Shown here: positions 38,351-51,943 of the stretch, piece after piece
Layout: each line of letters begins with the position of its first letter
How positions within the stretch are numbered: position 1 is the first letter of the stretch
From: Octopus sinensis
Lineage: Eukaryota
Length of the DNA stretch: 64,000 nt
Assembly (NCBI RefSeq): GCF_006345805.1
Contig: NC_042999.1
Coordinates: 151,838,001 to 151,902,000 of the forward strand
Direction of reading: 5' to 3'
Made by a program: the position numbers and the translations under genes
Notes under the pieces: generated by a model
Databases searched by the model: none
Told to the model about the DNA's origin: nothing
Seen by the model: only the letters and a program-made list of their open reading frames with translations

Positions 38351-38997
38351 TTCTCTGTATATAAAACATATGCTTACACAATACAAACACATACACACTC
38401 ACGTGTGTGTGTGTGTGTGTACAGGTCTGTATGTGTTTGAATCTCGTCTCGACATTGTGTGATTGTTGTAAACAAAAGTCACCATCATAGAAGTGGTATT
38501 CTTTATTTCCAGTCTCCTGTAATAACATGTCTGGTCATGGGGAAGTATTACTTTACTTGGAAACAGGTGAGGGTTGTTGACAGGAAGAGCATCCAGTCAT
38601 AGAAAATCTGTCTCAGTAACTTCTTTCTGACGACTTATGCTAGCATGGAAAAGTGGACATTAAAAGAACGATGACAATGATGGTGATGATAGTGACAGCA
38701 GAGGTGACAGCAACAATAGCAGCAATGGTGGTAGTGATATGATGACGATGATGATGATGAAGAGGAGGAGGAGGAGGATCTCTGCTCTCCTGCCCGTGTC
38801 TTTTTGTTAAACATTTCATGCTTTTATTATTCTACCTCATGCATGACAACAACTACCTTGTTAAGACTAATTCATAAAGCTTCAGTACTACTCATTAGTC
38901 AAACATCAATATAATCCATGTTGTGACAGAGAGGCTTCCTTCATAGCTAAAAACAAGTATAGCCTGTATACTCTCACAATCAATCCTGTTAGTTTAA

Positions 38998-39218
38998 CCC
39001 TTTCGTTACCAACCTGGCTGAAACTGGCTCTGGCTCTGAGTACAAATGTCTTGTTTCCATAAGTTTTGAATTAAAATCTTCCACCAAACCTTACTCACAA
39101 TTTATGTTCCTAACACTAGTTTAATGATAACTAAGTTATTTTACTAAATTCTTTGTTATATTTAAAATTAATTGAAAGAAACACAAAACATCTCAACAGA
39201 AATATGGTAACAAAAGGG
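38998..39218 (+). mobile_element. piggyBac-type MITE, 221 bp
   Basis: TTAA|CCCTTTCGTTACC...GGTAACAAAAGGG|TTAA. Confidence 0.88.
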
Positions 39219-39249
39219 TTAAAATATATAATAGAGAAACAATTCTTAA

Positions 39250-39470
39250 CCCTTTTGATACCAATCCAGCTTAAACTGCCTTTAGCTCTGTAGTACAAAT
39301 GCCTTGTTTTCAAAAGTTCTGAATTAAAATCTTCCACCAAACTTTAGCCACAATTTACGTTCCTAACACTAGCTGAATGATAACTAAGATATTTTACTAA
39401 ATTCTTTGTTATATTTAAAGTAATTGAAAGAAACACAGAGCATCTCAAAATAAAAACAGTAACGAAAGAG
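39250..39470 (+). mobile_element. piggyBac-type MITE, 221 bp, second copy
   Basis: TTAA|CCCTTTTGATACC...AGTAACGAAAGAG|TTAA; colinear with 38998-39218. Confidence 0.85.
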
Positions 39471-40252
39471 TTAATCTCTGCCCTGTTGGTGGCTTTCACA
39501 TAGGTTAAGAACTCATCTAACTTATATGAAAATAGAAAATAATTATCTTTACAATTTTTTCTTAAATTTTTCAGTTTATTTTATGTTTATTTGTTGTCTT
39601 TTCTTTTTTAAACCTAATACTGAATTTTCTTGGCAAGAAACATTTTCTATAGAAGAGAAGATAAACTTTCACATTTCTTATATAGTTCTATTCTGTAATA
39701 CCATTACTATTTTTAATGTCACAATGATGGATGGTCGATGGTTAATATACTCAAGTTACAACATTTTATTCCAGTTTTGATATAGAAATCAACTTCTTAT
39801 TTTCCTTCCCATATCGACATAATCTGATCTTGACTGGAAGATAATAGTGTGGAGAGAATGGATATAAATTTAAAGAAATCTGTATCTGTCAAAATTACAT
39901 TAATTTTCAGAATAATCCACCTTGTTCATATCTTTTATCTTTTACTTGTTTCAGTCATTAGTCTGTGGCCATGCTGGTGCACTGTCTTGAAGGGGAAACA
40001 TGTTGTAGGACTGGGGGAAGTGGGTTCACATTGTAGGGCCAAGGGAAGGGTGCACACGTTGTAGGACTGGCATACTACATTGGCATTGGCTCAATGGCTA
40101 CCACATTATAGGACTGGCATTGGTTCTATAGCTACCACATTAAGTTCAAACTTAATGCTAGGTTGATCATCTCCGGTGAAACCTAAGGAATTGAGATCGA
40201 TCCCACACTGAGACCACCATTTCCATCTCTACTGTGGACAACAATTCTAAAG

Positions 40253-40315
40253 AAAGGACAACTGGTTTGTAAAATTATGGCATGCTGCATTCATTTTACA
40301 AACCAGTCATCCTTT
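40253..40315. other. Isolated stem-loop: 23-bp stem, 17-nt loop
   Basis: aaaggacaactggtttgtaaaat / attttacaaaccagtcatccttt, 21/23 Watson-Crick pairs. Confidence 0.85.
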
Positions 40316-40724
40316 TTAGACAGTGGGTGCCCAAATGGCCAACTAATTCATAAGAGAATGTACAACATGGTCCTAGAACTAACTGGCACTGAGCAAATCA
40401 AAATCATAAGATCCGTGGTGTTTTTGTGAAATAGTATGACTTGAACAGAGATACTTGGGTCTACTTGAAAACAATAATAACAGCAAAGGGAGTACTACAA
40501 TGTGGTTGCTTGACTTCTAGAAATAGCAGTGAAATGTCTCTCAACTACTATTTTAAATGAGGATGACTGCATTGGAGAAGATAGGCATTGATATACAAAC
40601 AGATGAGATGGTCAAGACTGGAATGCTTTTGCTTATAAGTACGATCAATCAGGACAGACAACAGCAATAACAAACAAACAACAAAACAATATCAACATCA
40701 ACACAGAATGAATAATAAAGCTAG

Positions 40725-40762
<38 letters not shown>

Positions 40763-40818
40763 CCATCTAATATTGTGTTCAGTTGTGATTTACCTTCACT
40801 GTTATCCAATATGAAAGT

Positions 40819-40819
40819 T

Positions 40820-40866
<47 letters not shown>

Positions 40867-40895
40867 TTACTACTACTACTACTACTACTACACTA
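40819..40895. repeat. (CTA)n microsatellite
   Basis: Direct. Confidence 0.95.
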
Positions 40896-41304
40896 CACTA
40901 CACTTCTTGACTCATTGCACTTCAACACATTCAGGACTAAATCTGTTTCCAACACCTTAAATCCTTACAGTTATATTGTTTGCTTTTGTCCGTCAATTAT
41001 TACTTCCTCTTGGAAGGGACTTACCAGTGCATCCCTTTATTTATAACCCTGCACTCTCTTGATCCCCCTCTCTCTCTCTTTCTCTCTCCACCTCCACTTC
41101 CTGCTTCATTTCTACTTCCTAAGCCAATAAAGACATGTCAACTGACACCACAAGGCACACAGTTTAGATGCAAATATTGGTTTCCTTGTTTGAGTTAGGA
41201 TAACAAACACTATTGTTAGCTAAAACTACACGCACACACACACACGCACACATATATGTATATGCATGTATGTATACATATGTGTGTTATATGCAGCATA
41301 TGTA

Positions 41305-41313
41305 TATATCGTC

Positions 41314-41359
<46 letters not shown>

Positions 41360-41368
41360 GTGTATATG

Positions 41369-41399
<31 letters not shown>

Positions 41400-41416
41400 C
41401 TATATGTATATATATA

Positions 41417-41455
<39 letters not shown>

Positions 41456-41614
41456 GTTATATATATATATATATATATATATGTATTATATATGTATATA
41501 TATGTATATATATATATATGTATATATATATATGTTATATATATATATGTATATATATATATGTATGTATATATATGTTATATATATGTATATATATTAT
41601 GTATATATATAATA

Positions 41615-41679
<65 letters not shown>

Positions 41680-41715
41680 ATATATATGTGTGTGTATATA
41701 TATATATATATATAT
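41305..41715. repeat. About 400 bp of interrupted (TA)n
   Basis: Direct; explains the 176-195 aa YIYI ORFs. Confidence 0.95.
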
Positions 41716-43245
41716 GCATGTGTGCATGTGGAGGTGTGTGTGTGTGTGTGTAGGTGTGTACACTCACACTCATGTAACTACATCCATATACAGTAGATAG
41801 TATTTCAATAAGAATGTCTAAAACTTTCTCACATTGGAATGGCTTAGCTCTCATCACTCATACACACATAGACGCACAAAAAAAAATCAAGCGACTATAT
41901 TTACTGCACCTGTGCAATGAATATTTCTCAATTTACCTAGCAAGAGTCTAGATTCCAAACTTACTGGATAGTTTTTTTTCTTCTAAGACAGATTATGTTG
42001 TTTTTTTTTACTTTCTTTTTTTTTTTTTCAAAGTATGTCACATGACAACAGAATCAGAGTTAAACACATTTCTCAGATCTATGCTAAAATTGGACGAAAT
42101 TACCTGTGATGTTTTACTTTGAATATAGACATCTCCTCGTTGGGCCCTGGTGTCAGAGAAATGATAGACTCCCAGGCTAAATGAACACCATCTTCTCAAC
42201 ACCCTCTTCTCCTACCAGTGTTCACCACATACTGCATTCCCCTTTACTCACCCTTACATACCTACCTGCACACAATATGCTCCCAATGAAGCTCTCTGCC
42301 CCCCCCCCACTGCAATATTTCCTATTAATATCTTCTCCCTCTACTTGTGCCCACTCATTACATTCCCACTGGCTCTGTCTACCACTCTCCTCTTGCAATC
42401 TCCTGAACTCACTCACCGTCCTCTCCACTCACCCCTCCTCTCACCCCCTCTACTCACACACCCCTCCAATACCCGGATAGAGGGTGGTTCATATAACCAC
42501 TCCCAATTCCCTGTTGCACCATCACAATCTTCACAATCTTCACCATCTTCCCTCACTCCTCTCTCTTCTCTCTGTCTCTCAGTCCACTTTCTCCCCTCCT
42601 GAGGTAGCCATGGTTTCCCTCTAATGCAAGACACCCTTTTTTTTTTTCCTATCCTTCAACACTACTCTCTTGCTAGTTACAAGTTACCTGGTGACCTCAC
42701 TACAGCTGGTACCACGTTAAAAAGCACCCAGTACACTCTGTAAAGTGGTTGCAATTAGGAAGGGCATCCAGCTGTAGAGACCATGCTAGCATGGAGAACA
42801 GGCATTCGATGATGATGAGGATGAGGATGGAGATGATGATGATGACGATGGTGATGATATATATTTATGTAGCATATAGATCTATATGTTTATGTGCACA
42901 GGGGTGTTTATATGTATAAAATCAAACTACATTTCTTCAAAGCAGGACAGACATTAACCTAATTGTTTTTTTATGTATCCCATATTCTTATTTTCTTCTT
43001 CTTTTTTAAAATTCTTTGCAATACTATTCTGTTAGTTGGTTCCAACATCTTTTATTGACTTTGCATGCACTTACTGAATCTAGAAATCTCTGTAAGTTAA
43101 GTTACGGAGGTTCTGTGTGTGTGTGTGTGGCATGCGTGTGTGTGTGTGAGAGAGAGAGAATATATGCGACAGAGAAATGGTAGTAAGAAATGGATGGGTA
43201 AAAAAGATAATAAGTAGAAGATAGGGAATGGAGCAAGCAAAAAAC

Positions 43246-43281
<36 letters not shown>

Positions 43282-43463
43282 CAGTGATGGGGAGAGAAAC
43301 TGAAAACATGAAGGAGGTGAAGGGGAAGAAATCACAGAAAGATTGAAAATAAGCAGAGAATATGTTAAGATGGAAAAAAACTAAATAAAGAGACAATGAT
43401 GAGAAAAAAAAGGAGGGAAAAGAACCAAAGAGAAACAATCAGAGAGAGGAAGAGAGATGGGGG

Positions 43464-43645
43464 GATGATGGAGAGAGAAAGAGGAGAAGAGAGAGGGGGG
43501 ATGATGGAGAGGGAAAGAGGAGAAGAGAGAGGGAGGTGATGGAGAGAGAAAGAGGAAAAGAGAGAGGGGGGATGATGGAAAAAGAAAGAGGAGAAGAGGG
43601 GAGGGGGTGATGGAGAGAGAAAGAGGAGAAGAGAGAGGGAGAGAG
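43464..43645. repeat. Purine-rich minisatellite, about 36-37 bp x5
   Basis: gatgatggagagagaaagaggagaagagagaggggg units. Confidence 0.9.
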
Positions 43646-44109
43646 ATGAGGAAAAATTGATAGTGAAAGGAAAAAAACAGAAATTGTTTGAAATTATATG
43701 TAATAAAAGTAACTGTTGCTTGTATTTTCATGTTACATTTCCTACTTACATTAACCATTGTCCAATCATAAAGCACTGTACTAAGATTTGTTGGCAAAAA
43801 TGAGTTTTTGATTTAAGTGGGGGTGGGGTCCCCATGGCTAATTATGTAATATCCTTTGTTCTGTGTTTTGTGTTCGTTGAAATGGAATTCTTAAAATTGA
43901 AGATAATTCAAATATAAATGAGAACACATAAAATTTTTTAAATAGGCCTCGGCATCACTGTGTGGTTAAGAAACTTGCTTTGTAAGTGCTTGGTTCCAGG
44001 TTCAATCCCACTGTATGGCACTGCAGGCAAATGTCTTCTGCTTTTAATCCAAAATTTTTAATCCAAAACTTTTAATCCAAAATTTAATACTAAATTGGGG
44101 GTACAGCTT

Positions 44110-44420
44110 ATCATCATCATCATTTAACGTCTGCTTTCCATGCTGGCATGGGTTGGACGATTTGACTGAGGACCGGTGAACCAGATGGCTGCACCAGGCT
44201 CCAATCTGATCTGGCAGAGTTTCTACAGCTGGATGCCCTTCCTAATGCCAACCACTCCAAGAGTGTAGAGGGTGCTTTTACGTGCCACTTGCATGAGGGC
44301 CAGTTAGGCGGTACAGGCAATGGCCATGCTCAAATTTTACGTGCCACCTGCACAGGAGCCAGTCCAGCTGCACTGGCAACGACCTTGCTTGAATGTTGTT
44401 TTCCACGTGCCAGTAAGGTG
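44110..44420 (-). mobile_element. RTE-type 3' tail
   Basis: Reverse match to 63700-63920. Confidence 0.85.
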
Positions 44421-44674
44421 ACACTGGTAATGATCAAGGATGCCATAGGGGCAGAGGTTAAGTCAATTACATCAACTCTCAATGCATAACTGGTACTTAC
44501 TTAATCAACTCCGGAAAGATGAAATGCAAGCTTGACCTCAGAATGTAGCGATGGGTAAAATATTGCTAAACATTTCGCCTTAATATTAATAGAGTATGTA
44601 ATAATGTTGTAATAATACTACTATGCTATATCATTACATTAATTATTAATAATTATTACATTTATTTCCATTGG

Positions 44675-45010
44675 TGTGGTTGTGTGGTAGGATGTTTGCT
44701 TCCCAACCACATGGTCCTGGGTTCAGTCTCACTATGTGGCACCTTGGGCAAGTGTCTTTCTTTATAGCCCCAGCTTGACCAAAGCCTTATGAGTGGATTT
44801 GGTCAACAGAAACTGAAAGAAACCTGTTGCGTTTCTTTGTGTTTACATTTGTCTTCCTCCACTGCATGACAACCGGTGTTGGTGTGTTTACATCCCTGTT
44901 ACTGCTTAACAAATATGTACTGGGGTCGATTCATTTGACTAAAAATTCTTCAAGCAGGTGCCCCAGTATGGTCGCAGTCTAATGACTGTAACAAGTAAAA
45001 GATAAAAGAC
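44675..45010 (+). mobile_element. tRNA-derived SINE, family A
   Basis: ggttgtgtggtagg...gggttcagtctc...accttgggcaagtgtct...actgtaacaagtaaaaga. Confidence 0.85.
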
Positions 45011-45506
45011 AAACGATATATGACTTCTCTATACACATCATAGTTATCATTTTACCATAGGTCAGACTTGATTGAGTTGGTCTTTGATCAAAAGCTTTCC
45101 AGACATGACCATACTGCCTTTTTAGGGTTGTGAAACATTATATTATCCAGTGTGTTCTTTCTTTTCCTAAAACAGTAGGGTGTAATTTGAAGGAATTTGG
45201 CTGCTATTTCTACAAATTAAGCAACCACATAACGGCTCCCTTATTGGATCATGTTGCTGTTATTTTTAGTCCCAGGTCAGTACCAATTGAGCAGATCTAT
45301 AATTAATGACATTCCAGCAGTGACCATCCTGCATTTTAAAGAGTATATTGGACCACATTGTATCATGTCTTAGTTCCTTTTTTAATAAGACAGATGTAAT
45401 TTTAGGGAAATTGGCTGCCATTTCTAGCATGTTGAGAGATCATGTGGAGTCCTACGTTAGGCATTTCTGTAGTTGTGTAACATTGTGGTGTGATTCCATG
45501 TAGCAT

Positions 45507-45508
45507 TG

Positions 45509-45545
<37 letters not shown>

Positions 45546-45607
45546 TACTACTACTACTATCACCACCACCACCACTGCTATTGCTGCTGCTGTTGCTGCT
45601 GCTGCTG

Positions 45608-45640
<33 letters not shown>
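45507..45640. repeat. (CTA)n / (CCA)n / (CTG)n compound tract
   Basis: Direct. Confidence 0.95.
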
Positions 45641-46116
45641 AATAGTAAAAGTAATGGCTTTTTTTACATCAAGCATGGAATCTCAGATTTGTGAGGTGGG
45701 GTTGGGGGGGGCGGGGGGGGGCGGGGAGTCTGTAATGTCCAAGCCCCTTTACCAACAACTTTATTAATGTAAGTGCATGGAAGTGGTTTCCTCTGGCTGG
45801 AGGTGTTTTTTCTTCATCCTCATTTTTTCTTTTTTTTTTTTTTTTGGTTTTTGGCTCAGTTCACTGAGGACTTGGCACCAATCTTGGGGCATCCACCATT
45901 AAATATGAACAACAACAGCAACCATAACAATGGCCAACAGCATCAGCAGCAACCACATCAACAGCAATAAGGGTGATGTGATGGGGGTAGAAGAAGGAGA
46001 AAGTAAATATTAGAGGAAGAGAGGCGTTGGTAGTGATAACCAGTTTATGTAATGGTGATAAGGAAATGGTTGTAGGAGTTAGGCTGTTATCGAACAGGTT
46101 GTTGCTGCCATTATTG

Positions 46117-46575
46117 ATGATGACGATGACGACGACGACGACGACGGTGAGCATGGCGATGAGGGTGATAATGGTGATGACAACAATGATGCCGACAATG
46201 ATGATGACGGCAATGACAATGATGGTGACGATGATGATGATGACAACAACAACGACGACAATGATGATGACGGCGATGATGGTGATGGTGATGATGATGA
46301 CAACAACAATGACGACAATGACGATGATGGTGATGATGATGATGATAGTGATGATGACGATGATGGTGATGATGGTGGTGATGGTGATGAGGATGACAGA
46401 GACGATAACAGTGATTGTGATGATGACGAAGATGACAATAGTGATGGTGATGATGATGATAATGATGACAGCGATACAGACGAGAATGGTGATGATGATG
46501 ATGGTGGTGGTGGTGGTGGTGGCAGCAGTGGCAGCGACAACGATGATGGCGAGGAGGAGGAGAAGAGGAGGTGGT
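46117..46575. repeat. About 450 bp (GAT/GAC/GGT)n degenerate tract
   Basis: Direct; explains the poly-M/T and poly-S ORFs. Confidence 0.95.
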
Positions 46576-47639
46576 AGGGGAGAAGGAGGAGGAGTTGGTT
46601 AGTCTTTAAAATGTGTGTAATAGAGTTTGGTTGAAAGTAACAAAAGGATTTTAATTACAAGAAAAATCAATAACTTCAGTAGACATTCGTATCTGAAAAT
46701 GAGTCTTTTGTAATGGAACAGTAAAAAGAATGGAAGATGGGGAGGACCAAAAAAATAATAATAATAATAAAGAAATAAAGAAATAAAATAAAACAAAGAA
46801 AAATGACAAAAAAAACTTTAAAAAACCCTAATAATAAAATTAGTAAACAAAAGGCAGCACTTATTTACTTATTTATTTACTTATATATTTATTTATTTAT
46901 TTATTTGTTTATTACAAAAGTAGTTTCAGAAATATGTTTTGTAAATATCTATAAATTGTCTTTAAAAATTCACCGCTAATTACCTTTTGTTTGCTATTCT
47001 TAGCATAGTCCTAGATCCCTCCCTGCTTTTTTCCTCCCTCCTACTCTCTCACTCTATGTCTTGTTTCCTCTCTCTCTATCCCTCTCTGTCTTCATACTTA
47101 TATCAATCACTATGACAACAAAATACCCACAGAGCTATGTTATTATGTTCATCTTTTCGTCATTATCATTGTTAATTTTACATCCAAGCTAGTATGGAAT
47201 ATTATCAAATAGCTCTGTGCGTGTGGGTTTGAATCATAATTATCGATTTATTTTAATTTTATTTTATTTCTATTTATTTACTTAATTTTGTGGAAGCTTC
47301 TGGATGTGAATTCATTTCTCTTAATAAACAAGATTATCAATTGTAAACAATTTTTCTGCAATTAATCCATGATTTAAGTCAATCAAATTCTTTGATATTT
47401 AAGAATAGAACCCAGGGAGGGAAATTTCAGTTTTTATTTGCAATTCGCAATGAATGTCTTCTGTAATTTCATCTGTACCGATAATATAAGACCAAATACC
47501 ATTTCCTTTTTTAGTCCATTTACTGGTTTCAGTTATTGGGTTGTGGCCATGCTGGAGTGCCTTCTTTTCAAATGCTTTAACTGGCACATAAAAAGCATCA
47601 TTCAAGCATGGTCATTGCAAGTGCCACCTGAATAGTTCC

Positions 47640-47890
47640 TGTGCTGGTGGCACGTACAAAGCACCATTCAAGTGTGGTCGATGCCAGTACCACCTCACTG
47701 GCCCTCATGCCAGTGGCATGTAAAAAGTACCCAGTACACTCTCAGAGTTGTTGGCATTAGAAAGGGCATCCAGCTGTAGAAACATTGCCAGATCAGATTG
47801 GAGCCTGGTGCAGCCTTCATCAGTCCTCAGTCAAACCGTCCAACCCATGGAAAATAGATGTTAAATGACAATGATGATGATGATGATGAT
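47640..47890 (+). mobile_element. RTE-type 3' tail
   Basis: Matches 63700-63920. Confidence 0.85.
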
Positions 47891-48239
47891 GATATCGATG
47901 ATTTAATCGAATGTTTACTTCAATCTCTGTTTTTGTTTCTGCTTTATTGATGTCTTTTTTGTAAATAATCAAACCACCATGTCATTTTTTTTTAATGTAA
48001 ATGGACACAACTGGACGCTTACATTCACAAACACACACACACAGAAAGAGAGAAAGAGGGATAGAGGGAAGAGAAAGAGTGAGAGAGGGAAAGAGAGAGT
48101 GAGAGAAAGAAACGGAGAGAAAGAGAGAGAGGGAAAGAGAGAGGAGGAAAGGGAAAGAGAGAGGAGGAAAGGGAGAGAGAGAGTGGGGTCTGGTGATAAA
48201 GGTAGGAAAATAAAATTCCAAATATGAGAATTCTTTTAC

Positions 48240-48438
48240 TTTCATTTCTTTAACTTCTTTCAGTCATTCTGATTGCAGCCATGCTGGAGCACCGCCTCTA
48301 ATTCAACAAATCAACCCTAGGACTTATTCTTTATAAGCCTATTTTATTGGTCTCTTTTACCAAGCCACTAAGTTATGGGAATGTAAACACACCAAAATCA
48401 ATTGTCAAGCGATGCTGGTGGGGACAAACACAGACACA

Positions 48439-48508
<70 letters not shown>

Positions 48509-48670
48509 ACAGGCTTCTTTCAGTTTCCATCTACCAAATCCACTCACAAGGCTTTGGTTGGCCTGAGGCTATAGTAGAAGATACTTGCCCAAGGTGCCAA
48601 GCAGTGGGACTGAACCCAGAACCATATGGTTGGTAAGTAAGCTACTTACCACACATCCACTCTTGCACCT
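48240..48670 (-). mobile_element. tRNA-derived SINE, family A
   Basis: Reverse match to 59630-60080. Confidence 0.88.
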
Positions 48671-49609
48671 ATATATATTTTTTTTTACTAGTGCCATTAC
48701 ACAAAACTTTCAACCTTTGAATCACTCTATAAGTTCTGCCAAACCCATACCAGCATGTATACAATGATGTTGGTGATATATATATAATGGATGGTAATCT
48801 CGCTTGTGCTGGTGGCATGGAAAAAGCATCCAGTAATGTTCTAAAAGGGTTGATGTTAGGAAGGGCATCAAGCTGTAGAAACTATACTAAAGCAGACACT
48901 GGAGTTCGATACAATCCCTGGCCTCACTGGATCCTGTCAAACTGTCCGACCCATGCTAGCATGGAACATGGACATTCGATGATGATGATGATGATGGTGA
49001 TGTCCTTATGTGTGTGTGTGTGTGTGTATAAATAGTTGGGCCTCTACACATTCCATTTACTACTAAATTCCATGCACAGGTTATTGGTCAACTCAAGACT
49101 ATAAAAGACACTTAACCATTGTGTTGCACATTGGGTTTGAACCCTGCCCCATGTGGTTGCAAAATGAACTTCTTAACCATGCAGCCATGCCTGCATTGAT
49201 GTAAGAAACCATTGTTACATGACCCACAGAGTTCATTTTCCTTTGGCCTGATTTTCTGAATCTACTTAATAACCACATTGTGTCTACCTTTACTGTCTCA
49301 GTCCTACATTTTGTGACAGAAAACCCACATTATAGTCTGGATTAGTTTTGTGTAACTATTTTAATGTAGCAAAGATATTTCCCTTCTCATCTCTGAATTT
49401 AATGAGGCACAATCATTCTTTGATAGACACTTGTTGATTAGAAATGTGAAAACAGAAAAACAGGTATTCAATATTTCCCTTAATGTTGTTGATGCTGCTG
49501 CTGCTGTTGATACATAAATGTGTGTGTGTGTAGATTATTTTTATAATGTACTCTTCCTTCGATATCATCAAACACAAACTTACAAACTTATTAGATTATT
49601 TTTGTATGC

Positions 49610-49830
49610 CATCATCATCATCATCATCTTCATCACCAACATTATCATCATTATCACCATCACCACCATCATCATCATCATCGTCGTCGTTATCATCGCT
49701 GTCATTGTCATCATCATAATCATCATCATAATCCTCAACTTCATCATCAACATCGATATCATCATTGTCATCATCATCATCACCAGCATCATCATCATCA
49801 CCACCACCACCACAACCACCATTACAACAA
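49610..49830. repeat. (CAT/CAC)n tract
   Basis: Direct. Confidence 0.95.
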
Positions 49831-50984
49831 CTAGCACTAATAATCCCAGTGTGATGGGAGTTTAGTTGTTAAACACCAGGAGTGGTTTTGGAGAGATAAA
49901 TCTCCCACACGACACATCTAAATAAAATATACACTTCTTCATTTTCTGAAGGACATAAAATTCTATCTCCAATTACAAATTTAACCTCTTCAAACATTAA
50001 TTTACTTTTCTCTTATTGATGAAGCATTGATATTTTTCTGTGTCGGTACAGAGTTGAATGAACCTGAAATTTATTTGAACATTTACATGAATTATTGCAA
50101 CTAATGTTTTTATATTTCTAAATATCCTTCATATGAAGGACTTCACCAACATTAACAATGAACATAAAAATAATTTACTTGCATGACAAGGCTATACTTC
50201 CTGTTGATGATTTCCAGCTGTCTATCACTCTGATACATTCACACATCACTGTCTAATATTTCTTACTTTGATGTTTAAATATATCAGTGACCTCAGGAGT
50301 CAATTATATTAATCACCTATTCTCTGGCTCATATTGAACTCAAATCTATTGTGTCTTCATCACAGTAATGTCCAGCTTTTTCCACTTTAAGCTATTGTGG
50401 TGTTCTATAAAAGTTATTAATCATTCATATGAACAAAGCCTCACCTGAAAACAAACACTCTCGACTGATATGATAGTGATTCGTAAAGTTCAAACTTTGG
50501 TTTAGATTAACTGACACTGATAATGTTTTTGTTGTTTTTTTTACCTCATAGACCGCAATGCAGCAGGCCACCACACCTTTATAAAAGTTTAATTTATAGA
50601 CTTAACCATTCATCAGTAGGAGTTGCTTCAGACATATTTAGAGGGATGTTCAACTGGAATCTATTGAAAATGTATTGATTCAAGTGTTAATTAACTAAAT
50701 CAATTTCTGGTCATCTGTATGGTTTTGATTGATGTAGAATAAAATTTCTGTGTAAAAAATCTGTTTTCAGCTATAAGCAGATTTCCTTTGTAAGCCATCC
50801 ATTTGGGAAAAACCTAAGCTATTACCTTACCATTTTAGTTTCCTTCACAAGCAAATAACAGATTTTTATTACTGTATTTGATGGTATATATGATGCAATT
50901 TAAAAAAAAAAATCTCAAAAGAATCAATCTGGGCTCTATATGCAAAGTTACCTTGACTATTGCATACTTTATTACACTAAAAGG

Positions 50985-51395
50985 TGCAGGCGTAGCTGTG
51001 TGCTAAGAAGCTTGCTTCCCAACCACATGCTTCTGGGTTCGGTTCCCCTGCATGGCACCTCGGCCAAGTGTCTTCTACTATAGCCTTGGGGCTGACCAAA
51101 GCAATGTGAATGGATTTGGTAGAGAGAAACTGAAAGAAGTTGTGTGTATGTGTGTGTGTGTGTCTGTCTGTTTGTCTTTGTGCCTGTGTTTGTATCCCTC
51201 CTCCACTTGACAAGCAGTGTTAGTTTGTTTATGTCCTTGTAACTTATCATTTTGACAAAAGAGACTGATAAAATAAGTACCAAGATTTCAAAAAAATATG
51301 TACTGGGTTGTGGGGTTGATTCATTTGACCAAAAATTCTTCAAGGCGGTGCCCCAGCAGGGCTGCAGTCTAATGACTGAAACAAGTAAAAGATTA
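50985..51395 (+). mobile_element. tRNA-derived SINE, family A
   Basis: Matches 59630-60080. Confidence 0.88.
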
Positions 51396-51546
51396 AAGAT
51401 AGAACCTATTTTTACCAAATGTGCTCTGATAAAATCGGGATTCATCTAAAATATTCATCCAAGTTTCAAGAATGGTAATTCTCATTTTCTTCTTCTTGTA
51501 CTTGACCATGATCTCAATAGTAACCAAGAAAAAGGTGTATATATAT

Positions 51547-51943
51547 CAGGCATGTGCCATCAGTAATTACTCAGGGCAGACAGTTGGTAATTTTTATGTA
51601 GTAAAACATGCAAATAATAAGCGAAACACAGGTGTGCGACTAAGTTGGAGGCAGAATTGCTTCTGCCTTTATAGCACGTAAAGAAAACATTGTTGTAGGA
51701 GTGTGCACAGCACATGTACTACAGCATAGCTTTAATACTGAGATTGAAAGGCAGGGGTGAATTATGCTTACCTAATCTATAAAAAAATAAAATATTTTGC
51801 ATTTTATACATAGTAATTAGAACAACCTTCATGATTCTATTGAATTAGGTGCATATTTTGCCATAAAAGGAAAATATCACTATCGATCTATTTTATTCAA
51901 GGTAGGCACTGCCCACCTTACCTGCGCAGGCTGCACGTCCCTG
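51547..51943 (-). mobile_element. hAT-type MITE, copy 3
   Basis: caggcatgtgc...gcacgtccctg ends; colinear with 33775-34172. Confidence 0.82.

Noticed and set aside
41213-41800. 195-aa and 176-aa ORFs
   Set aside because: Translations of (TA)n; the same applies to the other YIYI, HTHT, VCVC, poly-S and poly-M ORFs.
46027-46602. 191-aa Met/Thr-rich ORF
   Set aside because: (GAT/GAC)n microsatellite with no splice or domain evidence.
47399-47476. Terminal exon candidate DEITEDIHCELQIKTEISLPGFYS*
   Set aside because: Plausible but unrecognised, with a mediocre acceptor and no phase-compatible partner identified.
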